A model generated the notes under the pieces. The model saw nothing but the letters and a program-made list of their open reading frames with translations. It ran no database searches and had not been told where the DNA came from. This document shows positions 34,982-42,817 of a stretch of DNA of 48,407 nt, piece by piece. This stretch comes from an uncultured Alcaligenaceae bacterium (GTDB lineage: Bacteria; Pseudomonadota; Gammaproteobacteria; Burkholderiales; JACQAP01). The position numbers and the translations under genes were made by a program. Each line of letters begins with the position of its first letter. Position 1 is the first letter of the stretch. The stretch is taken from NCBI GenBank assembly GCA_964396485.1, contig CAYNFN010000413.1, forward strand, positions 1-48,407, read 5' to 3'.

Positions 34982-35866
34982 TCAGAAGTACCCCTCCTGC
35001 TTCTTCTTTTCCATGGATGCCGATTGATCGGAGTCGATCAAGCGGTCTTGCCGTTCGGAGGAGCGCGCATTGAAGGTCTCGGCAATGATCTCCGCTACGG
35101 TTGTAGCCGAGCTTTCAATGGCGCCGCTGAGCGGATAGCAGCCGAGCGTGCGAAAGCGCACCAGCCGCATCTCCGGGGTTTCACCCTTCGCCATGGCAAA
35201 ACGCTCGTCATCAACCATAATGAGCGTGGACCCGCGCCGCACCACTGGCCGCATCTTTGCAAAATACAGGGACACTATGGAAATCTTCTCAAGATGGATG
35301 TATTGCCAGATGTCGAGCTCCGTCCAGTTCGAAAGGGGGAATACGCGCACGCTCTCCCCCGGCCGGACATGCGTGTTGTAGAGGTTCCAAAGCTCTGGCC
35401 TTTGCGCTTTCGGGTCCCATCGATGGCCGGGGGCCCGAACCGAGAAGATACGTTCCTTGGCGCGAGACTTTTCCTCGTCTCGCCGGGCGCCGCCAAATAC
35501 CACATCGAATCCCCGACTATCGAGCACCTGCCTAAGCGCTTGGGTCTTCATTACATCGGTGTAGTAGCTTGACCCGTGCGTAAACGGATTCACGCCCGCC
35601 TCCAGGCCTTCCCGATTCACGTGCACAAAGAGTTCCATGCCCGATTCCGCGATTGCCCGCGCGCGATGCGCGTACATGTCTCGGAATTTCCATGTGGTGT
35701 CCACGTGCAGGAGCGGGAAGGGCGGGGGGCCCGGGTGGAAAGCCTTTCGCGCCAGATGTAGCATGACGGAGGAGTCCTTGCCGACCGAATAGAGCATTAC
35801 CGGGTTGCGCGCCGATGCGACGGCCTCCCGAATTATCTCGATGGCTTCGGACTCGAGGTCAGTCAT
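34982..35866 (-). CDS. cysD: Sulfate adenylyltransferase subunit 2 (CysD, NodP-like)
   Basis: Trimmed to the ATG at 35866 (ATGA overlap with the NUDIX stop). PAPS-reductase-fold motifs [48 protein letters not shown]. Confidence 0.95.
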   Translation of the reverse strand: MTDLESEAIEIIREAVASARNPVMLYSVGKDSSVMLHLARKAFHPGPPPFPLLHVDTTWKFRDMYAHRARAIAESGMELFVHVNREGLEAGVNPFTHGSSYYTDVMKTQALRQVLDSRGFDVVFGGARRDEEKSRAKERIFSVRAPGHRWDPKAQRPELWNLYNTHVRPGESVRVFPLSNWTELDIWQYIHLEKISIVSLYFAKMRPVVRRGSTLIMVDDERFAMAKGETPEMRLVRFRTLGCYPLSGAIESSATTVAEIIAETFNARSSERQDRLIDSDQSASMEKKKQEGYF

Positions 35867-36354
35867 TGCGCCTGGCCGCCGAGTTGCGGAGTCTCCATTC
35901 GATGCTTGCTGAGATGCAACCATACGGCGAAGCTGTCGTAGGGGGTAACGCGCCGGTTCAGCAGAAGTTCCCGTCCACCGACCGCTTCAAAGGCGGCGCC
36001 TTCATGCAAGGTGAACTTCGCAAAGGCTGCGGCGGAAACCTGCACCTCGTAGTAAATGCGGAACACTCTGCTTCCCCCTAGCTCCGAAAAATCGAAATCG
36101 AAGCGCGTCAGCACTTTCGGCGGCGCCTCGAGCTCGTATTCCAGTTCCTCTTTGAGCTCCCGTGCGAGGGCGGACAAGGGCGGTTCGCTTCCATTTACTG
36201 CGCCGCCGAAGCAGCCCCAATGGTCCGGATAGAAGATGCCAGGAATGTTATCTCGGAGCTGCATGACGTAGCGACCGTCGGCGAGAACCAGAACCGCGGC
36301 TACCGCGTCCGCGCCCCTCAGGGGTGTCTTGGCATCTAGGAGAAGGTGCTGCAA
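35863..36354 (-). CDS. NUDIX hydrolase
   Basis: 163-aa ORF. The Nudix box [25 protein letters not shown] fits Gx5Ex7REUxEE. Confidence 0.85.
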   Translation of the reverse strand: MQHLLLDAKTPLRGADAVAAVLVLADGRYVMQLRDNIPGIFYPDHWGCFGGAVNGSEPPLSALARELKEELEYELEAPPKVLTRFDFDFSELGGSRVFRIYYEVQVSAAAFAKFTLHEGAAFEAVGGRELLLNRRVTPYDSFAVWLHLSKHRMETPQLGGQAQ

Positions 36355-36361
36355 GGATGCG

Positions 36362-37282
36362 TCAATGCTGGGCCAGCTTGGAAATGATGGCGTCGACCGT
36401 CAGGCCGTGCGCGCCCAGGAGGTCCTCATGCTTGCCGTAAGTATGCACAAATTCATGCTTGAGCGAGAGCGCCTCGATAGCGCAACGCGCGCCCGATTCC
36501 CATGCGATCGCCTTGACCTGGTCGGCGAGGCCGCCCCGCGGCACCATTTCCTCCAGCACGACGATGCGCTGGAAACGCGCAAGCAGCTTTGAAATCCCCT
36601 CCCGATCGAGCGGCTTGACGGTGTGCGCAGAGGCCACCGCGACCGAGACGCCCTTCGATTCGAGCGCCGCGGCTGCGTCCAGGCCCAGCTTGAGGATGGG
36701 GCCGTATCCGATGACGCAGGCATCGCGCCCTTCGCGCAGCATCCGGATCTTGCCGAAGCGGAACGGCTCGGAAGCAGCGTTGCCGAGTATCGGCTCGCCT
36801 GCCTTGCCGAGTCGCAGATAGACCGGACCTTCGGTCTGGCCGACGCAATACTGCGTTGCCGCCTTCGTCTCCTCGGGGTCGCAGGGGGCGATGACACTCA
36901 TGCCGGGCATCGCCGTGGCAATTGCGACGTCCTCCATGGCGTGGTGCGTGCCTCCCAGGGTCGAATACGTCACCCCGCCGCCGACGCCAACCACGGTGAC
37001 CGGCAAGCCCTGGTAGCAGAGATCGTCGCGCACGAACTCATAGGGCCGGAACAGCGCGAAGGTGGCGATGGTGTACGCGAAAGGCCGCAGTCCGCGCATC
37101 GCCATGCCGGCGCACATGCCGATCATGATCTGCTCGGCGACGCCGGTGTTGATGAAGCGCTTCGGATACTCCTTCCTCAGCTTTTCCATCGAGCCCGCGG
37201 GCGAGATGTCGGCTACCACGACGCACAGGCGCGGATCCTTCTTGGCCTCTTCGTAGAAGACGTTCGCGAAGGTGTTCCTCAC
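36362..37282 (-). CDS. Transketolase, C-terminal (pyrimidine-binding) subunit of a split enzyme
   Basis: 306-aa ORF. FINTGVAEQIMIGMCAGMAMRG, GGTHHAMEDVAI. GTGA overlap with the N-terminal subunit gene. Confidence 0.9.
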   Translation of the reverse strand: MRNTFANVFYEEAKKDPRLCVVVADISPAGSMEKLRKEYPKRFINTGVAEQIMIGMCAGMAMRGLRPFAYTIATFALFRPYEFVRDDLCYQGLPVTVVGVGGGVTYSTLGGTHHAMEDVAIATAMPGMSVIAPCDPEETKAATQYCVGQTEGPVYLRLGKAGEPILGNAASEPFRFGKIRMLREGRDACVIGYGPILKLGLDAAAALESKGVSVAVASAHTVKPLDREGISKLLARFQRIVVLEEMVPRGGLADQVKAIAWESGARCAIEALSLKHEFVHTYGKHEDLLGAHGLTVDAIISKLAQH

Positions 37283-38115
37283 GAGCTGATCTCCTTCAGC
37301 TCGCCGAGCGCCTGCGCGTACTCGTCCTTGTTCGGCGAACGGTAGTGCCAGATGGGCACGTGCTCCATGTACGACACGCCGCGGCCCTTGACGGTCTTGC
37401 CGATCAGCACAAAGGGCTTGCCACCCTTTCTCGCGGCCACCGCCGCATGCACCGCTGCCGCATCATGGCCGCTGACTTCGGCTGTCTCCCAGCCGAAGGC
37501 GCGGAACTTCTCTGCGACGGGGAACACCGCGGGATGGTTCTCGCTTATGCGCTCGAGGCCACCGAAATCGTTGAGGTCGACGAAAAGCAGCAGGTTGTCG
37601 AGCTTGTAGTTGGCCGCCATCTGCACGGCCTCCCAGGTTGAGCCCTCCTGCAGCTCCCCGTCCGAGAGCACGACGTGCACACGGGCATCAGTCTCCTTCA
37701 GGTACTCCGCATAGGCCATGCCGACCGCGATGCCGAGTCCGTGCCCGAGCGAACCGGTGGACGCTTCGATGCCTGGTGTGCCGATATCCGGGTGCGCGCC
37801 CAGCACTCCGGCCGGCGTGCAGTAGCGCTCGATTTCTGCGCTCGGCATGATCCCGAGGTCCTCGAGGATCACGTATTGGGAGACACAGCCGTGGCCCTTG
37901 GACATGACGAAGACGTCGCGGAAGCGCCCGCTGGCGCTCAGCGCCGGGCGCATGAGCGCGTGGTAGATGACGTCGGTCATTTCGAGGCACGAGAACGCCG
38001 GCGCGATATGAAGGGCGCCGACACGTTGCGAGACGTCCAGGATCCGCCTGCGGTATTTCAGGCAGCGCGCCCGCGCCGCGGCGGCGTTGAATGCGACATT
38101 CACGATGCTAGCCAC
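37279..38115 (-). CDS. Transketolase, N-terminal (ThDP/diphosphate-binding) subunit of a split enzyme
   Basis: 278-aa ORF with a GTG start. HIAPAFSCLE, SKGHG, GSLGHGLGIAVGMA, VVLSDGELQEGSTWEA (GDG-type ThDP motif). Confidence 0.9.
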   Translation of the reverse strand: MASIVNVAFNAAAARARCLKYRRRILDVSQRVGALHIAPAFSCLEMTDVIYHALMRPALSASGRFRDVFVMSKGHGCVSQYVILEDLGIMPSAEIERYCTPAGVLGAHPDIGTPGIEASTGSLGHGLGIAVGMAYAEYLKETDARVHVVLSDGELQEGSTWEAVQMAANYKLDNLLLFVDLNDFGGLERISENHPAVFPVAEKFRAFGWETAEVSGHDAAAVHAAVAARKGGKPFVLIGKTVKGRGVSYMEHVPIWHYRSPNKDEYAQALGELKEISS

Positions 38116-39100
38116 GCATCACGTAGTCGGTCGAGACCCCGCGCAGTTGATCGCGGTAGCGCTTGCCCCATTCGACCATCTCGCCCAGCCCTTCCTGCCA
38201 GCCGACCTGCGGCTCCCAGCCGAGATCGCGCTTGATCGCGCCCGAATCGAGCCAGTAGCGCGAATCCTGCCCGAGCCGGTCGGGCGCCATCTCGCAGAGC
38301 TGCTCGAAGGGCATGCCCAGGGCTTCGGCGCACAGTTCCACCACCCTGCGGATGCTGGTGGGCTCCGCGGGGCCTGCGTTATAGATCTTGCCGAGTGCCG
38401 CTTTTTCCGCGACCAGATGGACCGCGCGGCCCAGGTCGCGCGCATGGATGTAGGATTTCTCCGCCCTGCCGCCGCCCTGCAGCGGCAGCTTCTTGCCGGT
38501 CAGGCCGCAAAGAATGGTCTTCGGGATCACGCGATGCAGCAGCTGCCCCGGACAATAGGCATTCGAGGGCCGGATGATGTTCATCGGGAACTTCAGGTAC
38601 TTGTGCACCGACTCGAGGTACATGTCGAACGCGACCTTGGAGGCCGCGTAAGGGCTGGTCGGCTTGATCGGCTCGTCTTCCTTGGTTGCATGGCTCACCG
38701 AGCCGTACATCTCGGACGTGCCGATCTGGATGAAGCGCTCGAGCCAGTTGCGCTTCATAAGCTCCTCGCACAGCTTGGAGAGCGCCATCGAATTGGTCTC
38801 GAAGAAGCGCCAGGAGTGCTTCCAGGACACCGCGCCTTCGCCCTGGGCCGCATAATTGACGATCACCTCGGGCTTCACCCGGTCCATCAGCTCAAGCAGC
38901 AGGTCCATCTCGTAGGTCAGATGATAAGCGTGGTATTCGTAGCCGGGCTGCCGCTCGATACCGAGCGAAAACGGCTCCGGGCGTAGCGGGTTGCGGCCGA
39001 CACCGACCACTCGCTTCGGATTGGCGTGCTTCAGCAGGTAGAAAGCGGTGTGGATCCCAAAGGATCCACCGCCACCGAGAATCATGTAGGTTTTGCTCAT
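38108..39100 (-). CDS. NDP-sugar 4,6-dehydratase-like extended SDR (GMD-type TSExYG active-site context)
   Basis: 330-aa ORF. ILGGGGSFG, IGTSEMYG, YAASKVAFD (YxxxK). Confidence 0.85.
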   Translation of the reverse strand: MSKTYMILGGGGSFGIHTAFYLLKHANPKRVVGVGRNPLRPEPFSLGIERQPGYEYHAYHLTYEMDLLLELMDRVKPEVIVNYAAQGEGAVSWKHSWRFFETNSMALSKLCEELMKRNWLERFIQIGTSEMYGSVSHATKEDEPIKPTSPYAASKVAFDMYLESVHKYLKFPMNIIRPSNAYCPGQLLHRVIPKTILCGLTGKKLPLQGGGRAEKSYIHARDLGRAVHLVAEKAALGKIYNAGPAEPTSIRRVVELCAEALGMPFEQLCEMAPDRLGQDSRYWLDSGAIKRDLGWEPQVGWQEGLGEMVEWGKRYRDQLRGVSTDYVMRG

Positions 39101-39759
39101 CTGTTGATAATTGTCCAGTAGTAGTCGCCAGTGTAGCCCGCCTCCGAGTAAACCTTGAGCCAGCCCTCGGGGTAGTCGTGGAACCGCGCCGTTATAATCC
39201 AGCTCAGCGCGATCTCTCTCTCCTCGGGGGTGCGATAGCTATCCACCTGCACGAACGCCCGTCCCCTGCTCAGGCGTTGAATCTCCCGCATGGCGACAAC
39301 CGCCCCTTCGCGGGTGAGATTGTGAATGGTATTAAGCGAGATCACGCAATCGAAGGACCCGTCTGGAAATGGCAGGCTCTCCGCAGAGCCAAGGTGCAAG
39401 CGCCCGACAACTTCCCGCTCGCAGTGCATCAGCGCGTAGTACGAGATGTCGAGCCCGAACGCCTCCAGCCCCGGGCACTCGAGCATCAGGTCCTTGACGA
39501 GGAATCCCTTGCCGCATCCCACGTCGAGCAGGCGCATGCCCACCTCGAGCCCGAAGTGCCTGATCATGTCGCGCGCGACGGAACGCCAGCGGCCGTCGTA
39601 GCGGTAGCCGCCATAGCCGTACTTGCGGTCGCCGTCCCAGTATTCCTGGCCGAATTCTCTCGAGATCGCGATCAAGGCATCATCTTTCGCCTCGGCGCGC
39701 TTCTCGATATTGCGCTTTGTCTTCGGCAACGAGCCCAGCAGGTCGATTTCCCTACCCAT
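39097..39759 (-). CDS. Class I SAM-dependent methyltransferase
   Basis: 220-aa ORF. LLDVGCGKGFLVKDL, FDCVISLNTIHNL. ATGA overlap downstream and an 8-bp overlap upstream. Confidence 0.85.
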   Translation of the reverse strand: MGREIDLLGSLPKTKRNIEKRAEAKDDALIAISREFGQEYWDGDRKYGYGGYRYDGRWRSVARDMIRHFGLEVGMRLLDVGCGKGFLVKDLMLECPGLEAFGLDISYYALMHCEREVVGRLHLGSAESLPFPDGSFDCVISLNTIHNLTREGAVVAMREIQRLSRGRAFVQVDSYRTPEEREIALSWIITARFHDYPEGWLKVYSEAGYTGDYYWTIINR

Positions 39760-40624
39760 TTCGGGACTTCCTCAATCCATCCTCCAGCGTCGTATAGCGG
39801 AAATCAGGGAACGCACTGCGGCACACGGCAATGTCGAACGGCCGGTAGCCGTTGTGCGGCATCGGACCTGACCGGGCGGTGGTCTTGATGCTTGATTTTC
39901 CGCCTTCCATTTTTACTATCATTGTTGCGATATCCATGAACGAATGCACTTCACCGGTCGCGATGTTGAGCACGCCGGCGCTGCACCGGTAGAGGACCTG
40001 TGCCACGAGCTCAGCCACGTCGTCGATGAACACGTGGTCGCGCCGCTCCTCGCCGTTGCCGAACAACACGATGTCCTCGCCCTTCGCCGCGAGCCGTCGG
40101 AAGCGGTTCGGGCCGTAGCCATTGTGGGGATCGGCGGAACCGTAGAGCAGGCTCGGCCGCAGGATCGCGAGCGGCGCCTTGATCTCGTTCTGGAACAGCA
40201 CCTCGCGCGCAAGATGCATCGCGCCATGCAGGCTGCCGGGGGACGCACAGGAGCGTTCCGTGAGCGGACTGTCGCTGTCCGCATAGACCGCATCGGAGCT
40301 GATGTTCACCACGTGCGCGACGGACGCCTTCGACAGTGCACGCGCCATCGCCCGCGCCATCACCATGTTCTCGACCAGCATATCCGCGTTCTTGACCGGC
40401 GCCTTGGCCGACGCGGTGACTACTGAGTCGGTTTCCCGCAGGAACTTCCCCAAACCGCCGTCTGCATCGCCTGCGAGAAGATCCACTTCCTTGCGGGAAA
40501 CGCGCAATACCGAAACGCCCTCGCGCTCCAGGCGGTTGGCAACCGCGCCGCCGACAAAACCTGCCGCGCCGAGAATCACGACCCGGGGAGGCTTCTGCTC
40601 CCGCGAATTCAGATGCCGCATCAT
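39752..40624 (-). CDS. Atypical extended SDR (Rossmann fold intact, canonical YxxxK apparently replaced by HxxxH)
   Basis: Trimmed to the ATG at 40624 (ATGA overlap). VVILGAAGFVGG, ISSDAVY, then PGSLHGAMHLAREV where P..YG.SK...E is expected. Confidence 0.8.
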   Translation of the reverse strand: MMRHLNSREQKPPRVVILGAAGFVGGAVANRLEREGVSVLRVSRKEVDLLAGDADGGLGKFLRETDSVVTASAKAPVKNADMLVENMVMARAMARALSKASVAHVVNISSDAVYADSDSPLTERSCASPGSLHGAMHLAREVLFQNEIKAPLAILRPSLLYGSADPHNGYGPNRFRRLAAKGEDIVLFGNGEERRDHVFIDDVAELVAQVLYRCSAGVLNIATGEVHSFMDIATMIVKMEGGKSSIKTTARSGPMPHNGYRPFDIAVCRSAFPDFRYTTLEDGLRKSRNG

Positions 40625-41865
40625 GAACGTCCCAGCGTGTGAATGCGCAGGCCCGCAGCCGCGGCCGCTTTTCCATCGAGGACTTTGTACGGATCGAGCA
40701 CAATGCGGCCGCGCATTGCGGCCGCGATCTTGGCCGGTTCGATGCTCCGGTATTCCGGCCACGGCGTGAGGATCATGAGCGCGTCGGCGCCGCGCGCGAC
40801 TTCGAGCGGATCTTTTTCCGTTGAACCCGGCACGACCGGGTCGTGCAGGCGCAGCGCGGTGCCCTGCAACTGCGCGATAGTGGCTAGCGAGGGCGAATTT
40901 TTCACCGAATTGGTGTTTTCCTTGTAGGCGAGGCCCCAGACGGCAACCGTCGCATTCGGGTTGCTGTCGAGCAATGCCTCGCGGATCCTGCGCGCTGCCC
41001 AGTCGCGGCGGTGCCGGCTGTTCGCGACCCAGGCCCTAACCACGCCCGCATCGGTTCCCAGCTCGCCGGCGAGGCGGATCACGGTCTGGAGGTCGCGCTC
41101 CAGGTTCCCGCCCGCGATGCCGAGGCCGGGAGAGAGGTAGGCGTGCGCCCCGATACGCTTGTCGAGTTTGAGCGCTGGCGCAATCTCCGACCAGTCCGCG
41201 TCCATGCGCTCGCAGAGCTCGGCGAGCGTATTGGCAACGCTAACCGAGGCGACCAGGCAGCAATTGATTGCGATCTTGGCGAGCTCCGCGCTTTCGTAGC
41301 GCATCGGCAAGATCGGACAGCCGAACGCCGCCAGAAATTCGCCATAGGCCGCCGGCAGCGGTCTAGCCGGATCGGCGCAGCCGACGACGAACCGCTCCGG
41401 ATGGACGGCCCGCTCCACGGCAATGCCGAAGACGAGCGTCTCGACTTGGTAGTAGAGCCGCGTCGGCGCGAGCCCGATCTTGCGTGTGAAGCCAGGTGGC
41501 ACTTGGCACAGCACTACCAATGTCGAATCTTTTCCAAGAGCCGGAATGACCCGTTCGAGGAGATCTTGCACCCCCGTCAGGTCGCTGCGCCCCTGATCGT
41601 CGGTCGCGACGTCGGTAGAGATGTAGACCACCGCGCAACGGCCAAGATCCGACGCAATGGTCGTGAATGTCGAGAGTCCTTTCTTTGTTCGAAGAATTTC
41701 CTCGAGCCCCGGCTCGGTGACGGTAGGACGTCCTAGCCTCAACCCTTCGATCGCGGCACCGTTGGTGTCGAATCCGACAATCTGAAAACCGCGCTGCATT
41801 GCCGCCGCGGCCGAAATGATGCCGAGGTGCGTCATGCCCGCAAAACCGATGACCGGCCGGCTCAT
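40621..41865 (-). CDS. UDP-glucose/GDP-mannose dehydrogenase-family protein lacking the catalytic cysteine
   Basis: ATG at 41865 with GGAG 5 nt upstream (the ORF-track GTG is at 41871). Rossmann VIGFAGMTHLG. Family C-terminal motif WGLAYKENTNSVKNSPS. The active-site block reads SPGLGIAGGNLERD versus the canonical P.[FL]G.GG.C[LF]PKD, with Asn codon AAC at 41104-41106. Confidence 0.85.
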   Translation of the reverse strand: MSRPVIGFAGMTHLGIISAAAAMQRGFQIVGFDTNGAAIEGLRLGRPTVTEPGLEEILRTKKGLSTFTTIASDLGRCAVVYISTDVATDDQGRSDLTGVQDLLERVIPALGKDSTLVVLCQVPPGFTRKIGLAPTRLYYQVETLVFGIAVERAVHPERFVVGCADPARPLPAAYGEFLAAFGCPILPMRYESAELAKIAINCCLVASVSVANTLAELCERMDADWSEIAPALKLDKRIGAHAYLSPGLGIAGGNLERDLQTVIRLAGELGTDAGVVRAWVANSRHRRDWAARRIREALLDSNPNATVAVWGLAYKENTNSVKNSPSLATIAQLQGTALRLHDPVVPGSTEKDPLEVARGADALMILTPWPEYRSIEPAKIAAAMRGRIVLDPYKVLDGKAAAAAGLRIHTLGRS

Positions 41866-41884
41866 GCGCACTCCAGGAGCGCCC

Positions 41885-42817
41885 TCATGCGTTCGCCATC
41901 GCGACCGCCTTCGTACCGAGCTTACGCAGCGTGCGCTGCAGCCACAGGTCGCGCCCGAGATCGGTCGTCGTCCCAGATGCGCATAGCGACTTGAAATGCG
42001 CGTATTCCAGGGCCCAAGTCGGGTCCGGTTGCTCGAGCGTCACCGGATCCTCATGTGGACGACCGGACGGCAGCACGCGCGTGCGCAAGGTGAAGGTGCT
42101 CGGACCCCATTTGCAAAGCGAACTGATGTGCGCCGAGCCTTTCTCGGCGAAAACATCGCAGGTGAAATGGTTGCGCCACGATAGCAGCGTCATCTCCAGT
42201 TCCAGTTGCGGCCGGCTGCCCCTGGAGCCGAGCACGACATGGTCCGGCGCCTTGTTCTCAAAGCGCCTTGCCGATATCACCGACAGGTCATCATCGATCG
42301 CGTCGAACCAGAAGAGAGCAGTGTCGAGCAGGTGCGAGCCGAGGTCGGGCAAGACGCCCGCGCCAGTATCGCGCCATGCTGAGTCGCGCACGAGTCGCGC
42401 CGTGCCGTTGCCGTAAAACATCCTGCAATGGTAGATCTCGCCCAGCACTCCCGACTGGATCGCTTCGCGCATGCGCACGTAGTGCGGCTCGAAACGGTGG
42501 TTGTAAGCGGTGTAGCAGACCGCATCGTGCTCGCGCGCGATGCGCTCCAGCTGCGCGACATCTGCATCGCGCGCCGTCCAGAGCGGTTTCTCGACCAACG
42601 CGTGCTTGCCGTTCGAAAGCAGGTACTCGAGGACTTCTGCCTTGGGTTCATCCGGCGTGCAGACCAATGCCGCGTCATAGCGTTCCAATGGCACGTCCCC
42701 GAGCGACTTGAAGTCCGCCTCCGGTCGCGCCGGGTCCACGCTGGCGACGAAGTCCTTCCCCGCTGCGGCGCGGCGCTTTGCGCCCTGGACACCCAACCCT
42801 ACGACAATCACCTTCAA
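41885..42817 (-). CDS. Gfo/Idh/MocA-family oxidoreductase
   Basis: 310-aa ORF. TTG start in a TTGA overlap with the upstream stop. MKVIVVGLGVQG, HALVEKPL, LPDLGSHLLD. Confidence 0.85.
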   Translation of the reverse strand: MKVIVVGLGVQGAKRRAAAGKDFVASVDPARPEADFKSLGDVPLERYDAALVCTPDEPKAEVLEYLLSNGKHALVEKPLWTARDADVAQLERIAREHDAVCYTAYNHRFEPHYVRMREAIQSGVLGEIYHCRMFYGNGTARLVRDSAWRDTGAGVLPDLGSHLLDTALFWFDAIDDDLSVISARRFENKAPDHVVLGSRGSRPQLELEMTLLSWRNHFTCDVFAEKGSAHISSLCKWGPSTFTLRTRVLPSGRPHEDPVTLEQPDPTWALEYAHFKSLCASGTTTDLGRDLWLQRTLRKLGTKAVAMANA

